Positions 19,326-29,234 of a stretch of DNA of 64,000 bases are shown piece after piece. The stretch is from an uncultured Verrucomicrobiae bacterium. Lineage in GTDB: Bacteria; Verrucomicrobiota; Verrucomicrobiia; Palsa-1439. The stretch is taken from the NCBI GenBank assembly GCA_963812605.1, contig CAWEWF010000005.1, positions 32,001-96,000 of the forward strand, written 5' to 3'. The position numbers and the translations under genes are program-made. The first letter of the stretch is position 1; every line of letters begins with the position of its first letter. The notes below the pieces were generated by a model, which searched no databases, was not told where the DNA came from, and saw only the letters and a program-made list of their open reading frames with translations.

Positions 19326-20539
19326 CCGGAGCACCGGCATGTTTTGCGACAGGAAATGGCCCTTTGTTGAAAGTACTGAAGGCAGCCTTAACGCGAAATC
19401 GTTCAAAACCTGGTACACTCCGTCGTGAGGTGAGGCATGAAATCAGTGCCCCAGTGCAAAGTGTACATGACTTTGGGATCGGCCACTTAGCTTCTGGAGA
19501 TGAAGGTGTACCGGCTTTTAGAGTTGTTGTGTTCGATGAAGCTCAACGAGTGTGGACAGCGAAACACTTGGAAGATTCTCTCAAAAGACCTCGTCGTCAA
19601 AGGGACGAATCAATTCGTAAAGTAGTTCAACAAATTCATGGGTGGTCGGAGCCCGATATACTTCTGCAAGTCATGGAGCGCCTTGATTGGTGTGTAGTCA
19701 TAGCGCTTGTTGGAGGTGGGCAGGAAATAAATACTGGTGAGGCAGGTCTATCCGAATGGGGAAGATCCATCGCGAAAGGACACTCGAAATGGAAGGTATG
19801 GGCGTCGCCGGAGGCATTACGTGGAGATGTGAGCTCTGCTGGACAAGTGCTCTTCGATGGTTCAGTACCTAAAAACTTTAGGGTAGCTGAGGATAAATTA
19901 TTTCATCTCTCGGTGACTCGGAGGAGCCCTAGAGCGCAAGTGTTAACGGAGTGGGTGAATTGCGTCTTGGACGGGAAATCATCGGTTGCTTCGAAACTTT
20001 TCAAACATTTGGCTGAATACCCAATACTACTCACGCGTGATTTAGTAACTGCCAAAAAACGAATGTGTGAATTTGGTGCGGGCAAGCGTTTTGGCCTAGT
20101 AGCGAGTTCGGGAGCGTTGCGCCTCCGCGCTCACGGAGTAGAAGTCAGGAAGGAATTTCGCGACGCAATCGATTACGCCGACTGGTTTCTAAATGATGTG
20201 ACAGATTTCCGTTCATCAAATGGGCTTGAGATTGCCGCGACGGAGTTTGATTGTCAAGGATTGGAGTTGGATTGGGCGTGCGTGTGTTGGGGAGGAGATT
20301 TTGTCCGAAGCAGCGAGGATGCTTGGCGCTATTTACAACTGCGTGCATTGAAATGGAACAATGCGCCATCGAACAAAGTGGATTTCATCCGTAATAAATA
20401 CCGAGTCCTGCTAACACGCTCACGATACGGCATGATTATTTTCGTCCCTCCTGGCAGTGCCGAGGACGTAACTCGATCCGCCGACTCTCTCGATGCAACG
20501 GCCGAGTATCTTAAGAAGTGCGGGCTTTCCGAAATCTGA
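19326..20539 (+). pseudogene. 5'-truncated DUF2075 / Schlafen-group-3 helicase-like gene
   Basis: TGNGPL, VVVFDEAQR (Walker B), GGGQEINTGEAG, QGLELDW, NKYRVLLTR present; Walker A and native start missing; AT-rich. Confidence 0.75.
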
Positions 20540-20560
20540 ATCCCCATGCCCATCTAACCC

Positions 20561-21061
20561 ATGAAAACTTTACTACCACTTCTCATTATTCTGGCGCTAG
20601 TGCTGGTAGTGGCACCTGTACTCCTGAAGAATCTATTGGGGAAGCGCCCGCCTTCTTCAGATGGTCTGCCTTATAAGAAGAAAGATTACCTGCTGACAGC
20701 CGCGGAACGTTCTTTCTACGAGGTCTTGTGCGGTATTATGGATAATCAATTGCATGTGTTTCCAAAGGTCAGACTCGTGGATTTGGTTTATCTGCCCAAA
20801 GGTGTCGAGAGCAGGCAGGGGCACATGAACCGCGTCATGTCCAAACACGTCGATTTCGTGCTGTGCGACCGCCAAAACATCGTACCTTTACTTGTTATCG
20901 AATTGGATGATGCTTCCCATGAGCGTGAAGACAGACGAGAGCGCGACGCGTTTCTCGATAAGGCTTTGGCTGCGGCCTCTCTGCCAATTCTGCATGTCGC
21001 GGCAAAACGCACATACGCGCCGAAGGAATTGGCGGAGTTGATCCAACAGAAGTTGCAATAG
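20561..21061 (+). CDS. DUF2726-domain protein with N-terminal membrane anchor
   Basis: LLTAAERSFY, FPKVRLVD, KHVDFVLC, IELDDASH, RDAF. Confidence 0.9.
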   Translation: MKTLLPLLIILALVLVVAPVLLKNLLGKRPPSSDGLPYKKKDYLLTAAERSFYEVLCGIMDNQLHVFPKVRLVDLVYLPKGVESRQGHMNRVMSKHVDFVLCDRQNIVPLLVIELDDASHEREDRRERDAFLDKALAAASLPILHVAAKRTYAPKELAELIQQKLQ

Positions 21062-21370
21062 CTCAGGGTGAGCGGCTAATCCCCGCTCACCGCGCGCGGC
21101 TACAACGGACAGATTCCGCAGCGGAGGGTGCGATTTTGAAGAAGATGAGGAACGGCGGCAAGCGGTTCATCGCGAGGATTCACCACGAGCGGGACGCTCG
21201 CCCAACAATTTCAACGGCGAAGAGATTCCTTCTCGACATCGGATTCCGATAATGGTATGGTTGGGACAGTTCTTTGATAGGGGAGAAGCGCGGCGCTGTT
21301 TTTCAGGGGAGGATCCGCCGCCGCCAAGGCTGTGGCGAGACAAGGGGCTTGAAAAAACATGTGTTTCTGC

Positions 21371-21489
21371 GAAACGAACCCATTTTAGGTCTTCTCGGAA
21401 TTGTGTGTATTGTGCAGTGGCAGAATGAGTTGGAAGGTTGCAGACGGTTTTTGCAAATGGGTTCGTTTTCGTGAAAAGTGGGTTCGTTT
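21371..21489. repeat. AAACGAACCC-type long palindromic repeat element
   Basis: AAACGAACCCATTT (21372-21385) inverted to AAATGGGTTCGTTT (21455-21468); third arm at 21476-21489. Confidence 0.8.
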
Positions 21490-21571
21490 ATGGGATTGCC
21501 CGAGTTCAACTTGACTCCAAAGCGGCTCGCCGTTATGAGGGAGCTTCGGGTTTCGGATGGGAGTTTACACG

Positions 21572-22558
21572 ATGACTGATAAAGCGCCTTGGATCACGTA
21601 TCGGCCGGAGTTGCGGGTGCTGGATTGCACCATTCGCGACGGGGGGTTGATCAATAATTCGAAGTTCACTGACGACCAGGTGAAGGCGGTGTATCACGCC
21701 TGCGTGGCCAGCGGGATCGATTACATGGAGATCGGCTACAAGAATTCCACCGACCAATTCCCGCGCGCGGAGTACGGGCCGTGGCGGCATTGCGACGAGG
21801 AGGACCTGCGGCGGATTGTGGGCGATCACAAGAAGCTGGCGCCCGGCTTGAAGCTCGCGGCGATGGCTGATGCGGGCGGCAAGAGCGATTGGAAACGCCA
21901 GATCATCCCGGCCAAGGACAGCGTGCTCTCGATGATCCGCGTGGCCTGTTACGCGAACCAGATTTCCGAGGCGGTGGAGATGATCCATTATTGCCACGAG
22001 CAGGGGTACGAGACGACGCTGAATCTCATGGCGATCTCGATCACGCAGGACGCGGAGATTGACACGGTGCTCCAGCTCGCCGCGAAAACGCCGATTAGCG
22101 CCGTGATGGTCGTGGACAGTTACGGCAATCTCTATCGCGAGCAGATCGATTATCTCGTGCGGAAGTACGCCAAGGCGGTCGAGGGGCTGAAGAAGGACGT
22201 GGGCATTCACGCGCACAACAATCTGCAACTGGCCTTCGCCAACACCATCGAGGCGATCATCCTCGGCTGCAATCGGGTCGATGCCACCTTGATGGGGCTC
22301 GGTCGCGGCGCGGGCAATTGCCCGATGGAACTGCTGCTCGGGTTCCTGCGCAATCCGAAGTTCAAACTGCGTCCCGTGCTGGACGTCATCCAGCACACGA
22401 TCCTGCCGATGCGCAAACAGTTCGATTGGGGCCCGTCGATTCCCTACAACATCACGGGCCAAATGAATATGCATCCGCGTTCGGCGATGAGTTTCCGCGC
22501 CGGCCAGACGCCCGATGATTACCTGGCGTTTTACGACCGCGCCGTGGCGGATGTCTAG
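21572..22558 (+). CDS. DRE-TIM metallolyase, 4-hydroxy-2-oxovalerate-aldolase-like (HMGL-like)
   Basis: LDCTIRDGG, VVDSYG, GIHAHNNLQLAFAN, GLGRGAGNC. Confidence 0.88.
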   Translation: MTDKAPWITYRPELRVLDCTIRDGGLINNSKFTDDQVKAVYHACVASGIDYMEIGYKNSTDQFPRAEYGPWRHCDEEDLRRIVGDHKKLAPGLKLAAMADAGGKSDWKRQIIPAKDSVLSMIRVACYANQISEAVEMIHYCHEQGYETTLNLMAISITQDAEIDTVLQLAAKTPISAVMVVDSYGNLYREQIDYLVRKYAKAVEGLKKDVGIHAHNNLQLAFANTIEAIILGCNRVDATLMGLGRGAGNCPMELLLGFLRNPKFKLRPVLDVIQHTILPMRKQFDWGPSIPYNITGQMNMHPRSAMSFRAGQTPDDYLAFYDRAVADV

Positions 22559-22559
22559 C

Positions 22560-23090
22560 TCACGTTTTCCAGTAAACCATCACCGGCCCATCGGCGCCGT
22601 AGATCGGGTCGGATTGGGGAAGGGGAACGCGAGCGATATTCTCATCGGCTTGGGGGCGTTCGTCAGCTTTGCCATAACACATGTCCCAGTCCTGGCCTCG
22701 CGGATAACCGCCCACGATGGCGAAGTCGTCGGTGGCGTGGAGATTTTTGTGGCCCGTGCCGGCGGGAATCAAAATGACATCGCCGGCGTTTATCGTATGC
22801 ACGATGCCCGGCTCGCCGCCGAGTTGCACATCCGCCGAGCCGTGGTAGCAGGCGAGGACTTCGTGGGCGGTGCTGTGATAATGATGGTACGGATAAATGC
22901 CGTTCCGCCATGTCCCGCCCCAGTGGTTGGCCGCCAGCAATTTTTCAATCGTCTGCGCTGGATTCTTCTTGGGCAGCGCGAGCGCGTTCACATAGATCAA
23001 GAGCGGACACTTGGCGTTGTTCGGGATCGCTCCCGTGTCCTCGAACGGCTGAACCAGGAGAGTGCATTGAATGACGGCACTGGCCTCCAT
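22560..23090 (-). CDS. Cupin-domain protein (YjlB-like)
   Basis: WRNGIYPYHHYHSTAHEVL, GDVILIPAGTGH, VGGYP. Confidence 0.88.
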   Translation of the reverse strand: MEASAVIQCTLLVQPFEDTGAIPNNAKCPLLIYVNALALPKKNPAQTIEKLLAANHWGGTWRNGIYPYHHYHSTAHEVLACYHGSADVQLGGEPGIVHTINAGDVILIPAGTGHKNLHATDDFAIVGGYPRGQDWDMCYGKADERPQADENIARVPLPQSDPIYGADGPVMVYWKT

Positions 23091-23160
23091 GACCACTGAA
23101 TATAATCCAGATTGCCATTTCACCCAAATTTTGGTGATGTCTTAATTTGCATCCGCCGAC

Positions 23161-23224
23161 TGTAGCCGAAGCGTAAGCTTCGGGAATCCGCGTTCCTACC
23201 ACCGAAGCTTACGCTTCGGCTACA
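23161..23224. repeat. GTAG-type REPIN, perfect 23-bp inverted repeat; may also terminate rpoD transcription
   Basis: TGTAGCCGAAGCGTAAGCTTCGG / CCGAAGCTTACGCTTCGGCTACA. Confidence 0.9.
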
Positions 23225-23339
23225 AAACACAGACAATGAGCAATGCGGCAAATTAAGACACCACCCAAATTTTTGACGCTGCCGTTTGCCGGGCGCAAGA
23301 TGGAATCCATCAGCAGTCTGCGGGAGGATTACAACTTTG

Positions 23340-25022
23340 TTAGAAACCCTGCGCTTGCAGGAAACCTTCGACTTGGCGCAGCCGCGTGGGGTGACGCATC
23401 TTTCGTAGCGCCTTGGCTTCGATCTGGCGGATACGTTCGCGCGTGACGCGGAACTGGCGGCCGACTTCCTCGAGCGTGCGGCAGTAGCCATCGCCCAAGC
23501 CGAAGCGAAGTTGCAACACTTTGCGCTCGCGCTCGGTGAGCGTATCGAGCACGTCGTTAAGCTTTTCCTTGAGCAGCGAGTACGACGCCATGTCGGACGG
23601 GTTCTCGGCGGACTTGTCCTCGATCAGGTCGCCGAAGCTGGTGTCTTCGCTGTCGCCAATGGGGGATTGCAACGAAATCGGCTGCTGCGCCATCTTGAGG
23701 ACGGCGCGGACGCGGTCGACGGGCATCTGCATTTCCTCGGCGACTTCCTCGGGGGACGGTTCGCGGCCGAATTCCTGGAGAAGCTGCTTTTGCACGCGCA
23801 TCAATTTGTTGATCGTCTCGATCATGTGGACCGGGATGCGGATTGTGCGCGCCTGGTCGGCAATGGAGCGGGTGATGGCCTGGCGAATCCACCACGTGGC
23901 GTAGGTGGAAAACTTGTAGCCGCGGCGGTACTCGAATTTTTCCACGGCCTTCATCAGGCCCATGTTGCCTTCCTGGATCAGGTCGAGGAAGGAGAGGCCG
24001 CGGTTGGTGTATTTCTTGGCGATGGAAATCACGAGGCGCAGGTTGGCCTCCACCATTTCGCTCTTGGCCTGGACCGCTTTTTTCATCCACGACTTGAGTT
24101 CGTCGTGCGCCTTGATGAATTCCACGGTGTTCATGCGCGCGCCCAATTCGAGCTTCTTCAACTTGCGTTCTTCGTTCCGCTGGTCCGCTTCGAGCGCGGG
24201 GGACTTGCGCAGCTTTTCCAGCCGTTCGATCTGGAACAGCGCCTCGTCGAATTTCTCGCGGACCTCGTTGGCCTTCTCGACAAATTCCTCGAGTACTTTT
24301 TGCTTGAAGTAGAACTTCTCGAACAATCGCTGGAGCGAGGTGTCGGACTTCTTGAATTCGCGCCGGAGCTTTTCGGTTTCCTTCTTGTTGAGTCCCGACC
24401 GCGTCGCCTTCTCGTATCGGCCATCGACGGCCGCATCGGATTTCTCGACCTGGGTTAGCAACCGCGGCAACACGCGCATGTACTGTTCGCGGCTGTCGAT
24501 TTTCTTGTCGATGATCACGCGGTCGAACCGTTCTTTGCCGCTGAGCAGTCGTTTCGCGAGCGCCATGTGCTCTTTGGCGGTGAAGCCGAAATTGTTGATG
24601 ATCTGCTTGACGTGGTTCTCGGCGGTTTCGATGCGCTTGGAGATTTCGACTTCCTGCTCGCGCGTGAGCAAGGGCACCTGGCCCATCTGCTTCAGGTACA
24701 TGCGCACCGGGTCATCGAGAATGTCGAGGCGGGAATCGACCTTGGCGGTCTCTTTTTCCTCTTCGGCCTCGCGTTTGAAGCGATCCACTTCCGAGGCGTC
24801 GATGATTTCGATATCCATCCCGCGCAGCATGATCAGGATCGCGTCGAGTTCGTCGGGAGAAAGAATGTTCTCCGGCAGGATGTCATTTACGTCGCCATAG
24901 GTCAGGTAGCCCTGTTCCTTGGCGAGCTTGATCAACTCTTTGATCTTCTCGTTTTTCTCGTCACGATCGAGCTTCGGTGGTTCCGGAACGACGGTTTTCT
25001 TCCGATGATTATCCTTGGACAT
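23340..25022 (-). CDS. rpoD: Primary sigma factor RpoD
   Basis: Region 1.1; DDPVRMYL; [12 protein letters not shown]; [12 protein letters not shown]; TRERIRQIE. Confidence 0.97.
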   Translation of the reverse strand: MSKDNHRKKTVVPEPPKLDRDEKNEKIKELIKLAKEQGYLTYGDVNDILPENILSPDELDAILIMLRGMDIEIIDASEVDRFKREAEEEKETAKVDSRLDILDDPVRMYLKQMGQVPLLTREQEVEISKRIETAENHVKQIINNFGFTAKEHMALAKRLLSGKERFDRVIIDKKIDSREQYMRVLPRLLTQVEKSDAAVDGRYEKATRSGLNKKETEKLRREFKKSDTSLQRLFEKFYFKQKVLEEFVEKANEVREKFDEALFQIERLEKLRKSPALEADQRNEERKLKKLELGARMNTVEFIKAHDELKSWMKKAVQAKSEMVEANLRLVISIAKKYTNRGLSFLDLIQEGNMGLMKAVEKFEYRRGYKFSTYATWWIRQAITRSIADQARTIRIPVHMIETINKLMRVQKQLLQEFGREPSPEEVAEEMQMPVDRVRAVLKMAQQPISLQSPIGDSEDTSFGDLIEDKSAENPSDMASYSLLKEKLNDVLDTLTERERKVLQLRFGLGDGYCRTLEEVGRQFRVTRERIRQIEAKALRKMRHPTRLRQVEGFLQAQGF

Positions 25023-25057
25023 AATAAAAATAAAATCTCTGACCAACGCCGGGTAAG

Positions 25058-26881
25058 TTACGTTTTCCCCTTCAAAAACGTGGCAATATGCCGTAGTTTG
25101 GAATCCAAGTCAAGCAACTGTTGGTGCAGCGGGGCTGATTCCTCCGCGCGCAGACCCGGCTGTTCCAATTGTCTTCGGACTTCGCTCAAACGTTGCTTTA
25201 TCCAGCGTTGTTCCAGCGTCGCAAGGCAATCTGCCGCAGCCGCTTCAGGGTGTTTGACCGCGCGCTGGTTCAGCAGCAATTCCGAGATCAGGCGACTTGT
25301 CTGGTCACTCTGCGGCTGATTGAGCAGCGCGTTCGGCCCGGTCCAGTTCCGTCCATTGTAGAGACGCAACACGTCCTGAATCGTTTGCCCCGCGAGGCTG
25401 TTGCTCAGCCACGCCAAATCCAAGCGCTCCGCTGTCAGTTCGATGATGCGTTCATCCGTCAGCATCGTTTGCAAGAGCGTCTCCTCCGCCGGCAACCCGC
25501 GCGGCCGTTCCCCATCGAAATCCGCCGTGTCATCCGCCTCGTCGTCGCCGCCAGCCATCTGATTGCGGACGCGCCGGTTGCCCGCCAGTTTCGTGACTTC
25601 CTTTCGCAGCACGTCTTCGCCGATGTCGAGACGCTTTGCGGTCTGTTGCGCATACGTCGCCAACAGGATTGGCGACGGAATACGCGCCAGCCATTCGGCC
25701 ATTTGCCGCGCAATCTGCAATTTGCCCCGCTCGGAACGCGGGTCATGCTGCTGGGAAAGCCGGTCGAGTAGATAAACGAAGAAACTGGGGGCTCGGGTAA
25801 CCAATTCTTTCAGTTTTTCCGCGCCGAAGGCCTTCACAAAGCTGTCGGGATCGTGACCGGGTGGCAGGACTGCCACGCGACTGACCACGCCCGCGTCCCA
25901 CAACGGCTCGGCGCTGCGCACGATGGCATTCTGACCGGCCGCATCGGCATCGAACATCAATACTACTTCCTCGGCGTAACGTTTCAGGATGCGCGCGTGC
26001 TGTTCGGTCAGCGCGGTGCCCTGCGGCGCGACCACGTTTTCGACACCCGCTTCGTGACAGGAGATCGTGTCGACCTGTCCTTCGCAGACAATCGCGTATT
26101 TCTCGTCGAGAATCGCGCGTTTGGCCTTGTCGAGCGCGAACAGGATGCGGCCCTTCTGGAAGATCGGCGTCTCTGGCGAATTGACGTACTTCGGCTGGTC
26201 CTTGGCGTCGGTCAAGATGCGACCACTGAAGCCGACCGTACGCCCCTGTTCGTCACCAATCGGGAACATCAAGCGTCCACGAAACCGGTCGTAGTAGCCG
26301 TCGCCCCGTTCCCGCTCCAGGGCCAGGCCCGCCGCCGCCAGCACTTCGGCGGGGAATTTCTTCGCGGCGGCGTGTTGGATCAAGCCGTCCCAGGCATCGG
26401 GCGAATAGCCCAGCCGCCACTTTTTGGCGGTCTCGGCAGTGATCTGGCGCTTTTTCAGGTACTCGCGAGCGATGTTGGCACTCGGTTCCTTCATCAGGTT
26501 GTGATGGAAGAAATTCGCGGCCACTTCGTGGAGCTTGAGGAGTTGGTCCTTCTGGTCTCGGCCCGGTTCGCCGTCGCGTTCCTCGTATTCCAGCTTGATG
26601 CCGGCCCGCTCGGCGAGTCGGCGGACCGCGGTGATGAAGTCGATGTTTTCGTACTTCATCACAAATGTGAAGACGTTACCGCCCTCGCCGCAGCCAAAGC
26701 AGTGCCAGATTTGCTTCTGCGGATTCACGTTGAAGCTCGGCGTCTTCTCCTTGTGAAACGGACAGAGGGCGCGGAAATTCGCGCCCGCGCGTTTTAGCGG
26801 AAAGTAGGAGCCGATCACCTCGACAACGTCGTTGTTCTGGCGAATCTGCTCGAGAACAGGTTCGGGAATTAAACCGGGCAC
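25058..26881 (-). CDS. dnaG: DNA primase
   Basis: CPFH...HCFGC zinc finger; PKYVNSPET; TOPRIM EG..D and FDAD; upstream of rpoD. Confidence 0.97.
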   Translation of the reverse strand: MPGLIPEPVLEQIRQNNDVVEVIGSYFPLKRAGANFRALCPFHKEKTPSFNVNPQKQIWHCFGCGEGGNVFTFVMKYENIDFITAVRRLAERAGIKLEYEERDGEPGRDQKDQLLKLHEVAANFFHHNLMKEPSANIAREYLKKRQITAETAKKWRLGYSPDAWDGLIQHAAAKKFPAEVLAAAGLALERERGDGYYDRFRGRLMFPIGDEQGRTVGFSGRILTDAKDQPKYVNSPETPIFQKGRILFALDKAKRAILDEKYAIVCEGQVDTISCHEAGVENVVAPQGTALTEQHARILKRYAEEVVLMFDADAAGQNAIVRSAEPLWDAGVVSRVAVLPPGHDPDSFVKAFGAEKLKELVTRAPSFFVYLLDRLSQQHDPRSERGKLQIARQMAEWLARIPSPILLATYAQQTAKRLDIGEDVLRKEVTKLAGNRRVRNQMAGGDDEADDTADFDGERPRGLPAEETLLQTMLTDERIIELTAERLDLAWLSNSLAGQTIQDVLRLYNGRNWTGPNALLNQPQSDQTSRLISELLLNQRAVKHPEAAAADCLATLEQRWIKQRLSEVRRQLEQPGLRAEESAPLHQQLLDLDSKLRHIATFLKGKT

Positions 26882-26884
26882 AGC

Positions 26885-27472
26885 TTATTTGGGAATCGTT
26901 TCCGAAGGTTGCGTATTGGTCGGGCCGCCGGCTTCGTAGTTCAGCTCCGGTCGCCGCTTCACGTCCTGCAAGAACCAGTCTTTCTCCGGCAAATTTTTTT
27001 CCATGGCCGATCGGACGGTGGGAAGCGCGTTGAGGACCAGCGTTCCAAAACGGGACTTTACACCGACCTGGTCTTGTAACGAAGTGCTCGTCGACAAGCT
27101 CAGCACCACGGTCACCCAGGCCATGACCAGCACCATGCGAACCACGCCCGCAAAACCACCGCCCACATTCTCCACGAGCGCCGCGGTTTTCAATTCCTGC
27201 ATCCGCTTGCGGGTCGCCAGTCGGATCCAGAGCGTGATCAGGTAAACCACCACGGCGATGCTCACAAAGGCAATGAGCTGGGCCCCCGCCTCGGGCAGGG
27301 GGGAATTTGCGTAAATCCAGTCGCCCAGGGATTGGTGGAACTCCGACGCGATCACGAGCATCAAGACCATACCGATGACACGAATAATCTCACCTGTCAA
27401 TCCAGCGCGGATGCCACTCCACACGCCGTAGAACAGGGCGACGACCACCAAGATATCGTACCAGTTTACCAT
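26885..27472 (-). CDS. CvpA-family membrane protein
   Basis: MVNWYDIL...GIRAGL; 4 TM; VGGGFAGVVR. Confidence 0.85.
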   Translation of the reverse strand: MVNWYDILVVVALFYGVWSGIRAGLTGEIIRVIGMVLMLVIASEFHQSLGDWIYANSPLPEAGAQLIAFVSIAVVVYLITLWIRLATRKRMQELKTAALVENVGGGFAGVVRMVLVMAWVTVVLSLSTSTSLQDQVGVKSRFGTLVLNALPTVRSAMEKNLPEKDWFLQDVKRRPELNYEAGGPTNTQPSETIPK

Positions 27473-27508
27473 CCCGAATTTGGCTCAACCCCCCAGCACA
27501 CCACCGCT

Positions 27509-28285
27509 TCACCGTATCGAAATCGACTGCAGAATTCTACACAATTCGCGAAAACCGCTTGCCAACGACGGACCCGGCTGCAGGATAAGGCTCGAATCCA
27601 TTTCGTAAATGCGCCGGTGTCGCACCGCGTCGATCATTTCCCAACCTGGCCGCTGGCGGATCTCGTCCAGCCGCGCCTTTCTGCCGCACCAACTGGCAAT
27701 GATGACTTGTGGGTTGCGGCGGACGATTTCCTTCGCGTCCACCAAGCGGTCGCTCGCGCGGCGTCGGCCACGCAGTTCGCTAAAAATATCTTTACCGCCG
27801 GCCCGTTCAATCAGTTCGCTGACCCAACCGATGCCGCTAATCATCGGATCCGGCCACTCCTCGAAGTAGACGCGAATGCGTCGCGAAGGCCGGGCCTTAA
27901 GTCGTGCGCGAAACCTGTGGACCAAGGTCCGCGCCCGGGTTTCTTTCCCAACGATCCGTCCCAACAGCAGCATTGTGTCTTCGATTTCCCGAAGCGAGGT
28001 CTGCTGGGTCACCAGCACGTTCACTCCATCCTTGATCAGCCGGGCGGCGATCCCGGCTTGGACATCACTATAACCGATGACCAAGTCCGGCTCCAGCGCC
28101 AGGATTCGGTCAACATTGGCTGCCGAAAAGCCCGAAACCCGGGGCACGCCCCGTAGCGCGTTGGAGGAGGAAGCATACGCGCTGGCGCCCACAATCCGAT
28201 CGGCGGCGCCGATGCGGCAAAGGATGTCAGCCGATTCGGCACTCAGGCAAACGATGCGACCCGGTGCGGAAGACGAATGGGCCAT
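27509..28285 (-). CDS. BtuF/TroA-like cobalamin-binding-family protein
   Basis: RIVCLSAE, ILALEPDLV, VYFEEWPDP, IIASWCG, ILQPGP. Confidence 0.85.
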   Translation of the reverse strand: MAHSSSAPGRIVCLSAESADILCRIGAADRIVGASAYASSSNALRGVPRVSGFSAANVDRILALEPDLVIGYSDVQAGIAARLIKDGVNVLVTQQTSLREIEDTMLLLGRIVGKETRARTLVHRFRARLKARPSRRIRVYFEEWPDPMISGIGWVSELIERAGGKDIFSELRGRRRASDRLVDAKEIVRRNPQVIIASWCGRKARLDEIRQRPGWEMIDAVRHRRIYEMDSSLILQPGPSLASGFRELCRILQSISIR

Positions 28286-29136
28286 CAATCCGTCTGGGGT
28301 TTCAGGTGCAGGATGTAGTCTTCAAAGTCGGCCTGCCAGCGGTCCATGTCCGACCCAAACTCTTTTTGCAGGCTCCGGAGACTGTCATTGCCGAACTTCA
28401 GGTCCTGCAAATAGTGGCGGAACCGGCTCTGTTCGTACCGATCATTGTTGGAGTTCAGCAAGTAATAGACAAGCGCCCAACTCATCGGGTAAGCGACATT
28501 CGCGTTCGCGTAAAATGTGGCCTGGTCCCAGGTGACCAACTGCGCGATTGGGGGCCCCTTTTTGTTGAGGATCAAAGCTTGCGCGTAAAGCAGTTTGTTG
28601 CGGCTGACCTGGCCGACGTTGAAATGGGAGCCGGTGATGAAACTGGTTTCGAAATACTGCGCGGTGCCTTCATTCAGCCACGTCGGGATCTGCAAGCCCA
28701 GTTCGTAGCCGATGAACTGATGGAACCCCTCATGCGCCAGCACGCGCCACAAGTTTGCGTCCTGGTACGTCACGACCTCATAAAACTGGTTGCCCGCTTC
28801 GTCGGTCTTGAGATGACAGTAACCCGCCAGCCCCGCATGGGTCAGCGACACCACGTTGCCGGCGTAATTGCGAAAGTCCGTGACATTGTCGAAGACGATG
28901 ACACGCGCACCGGCTTTGCCGGACCAGTTGTTGAAGAACTTCTCATACTGGCGCAACATCTCATTCATGAACATGTTGACCTCGAACGCCAGTTGGTGGC
29001 CGCCTTGCGCGAACACCTGGTAGCGTCCCTGGGTGACGTTCGCAAAATTCGCAATCGACGGCGCGGTCGTGTCTTGCGCCCGAGTTACACTCGTAATTGT
29101 CAGTACCAAAACCGCCAGGAAGCCTTTCAGTTTCAC
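28285..29136 (-). CDS. Exported DUF1570-like zinc metallopeptidase
   Basis: Signal peptide; LAHEGFHQ...PTWLNEGTAQYFE; YPMSWALVYYL. Confidence 0.8.
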   Translation of the reverse strand: MKLKGFLAVLVLTITSVTRAQDTTAPSIANFANVTQGRYQVFAQGGHQLAFEVNMFMNEMLRQYEKFFNNWSGKAGARVIVFDNVTDFRNYAGNVVSLTHAGLAGYCHLKTDEAGNQFYEVVTYQDANLWRVLAHEGFHQFIGYELGLQIPTWLNEGTAQYFETSFITGSHFNVGQVSRNKLLYAQALILNKKGPPIAQLVTWDQATFYANANVAYPMSWALVYYLLNSNNDRYEQSRFRHYLQDLKFGNDSLRSLQKEFGSDMDRWQADFEDYILHLKPQTD

Positions 29137-29196
29137 GCGGGCACGGTAACGCAAGCCGGAGAGGAATTCCAGCGTGGGAAAGCGGAATGTTTAGCG

Positions 29197-29225
29197 TTGC
29201 CCGCGCCGGAGACTGCGGCTATTCT
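29197..29225 (+). promoter_or_regulatory. sigma70 promoter of lysS (very short leader)
   Basis: TTGCCC-17nt-TATTCT, 9 nt before ATG 29235. Confidence 0.55.
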
Positions 29226-29234
29226 TCGCGCGGC

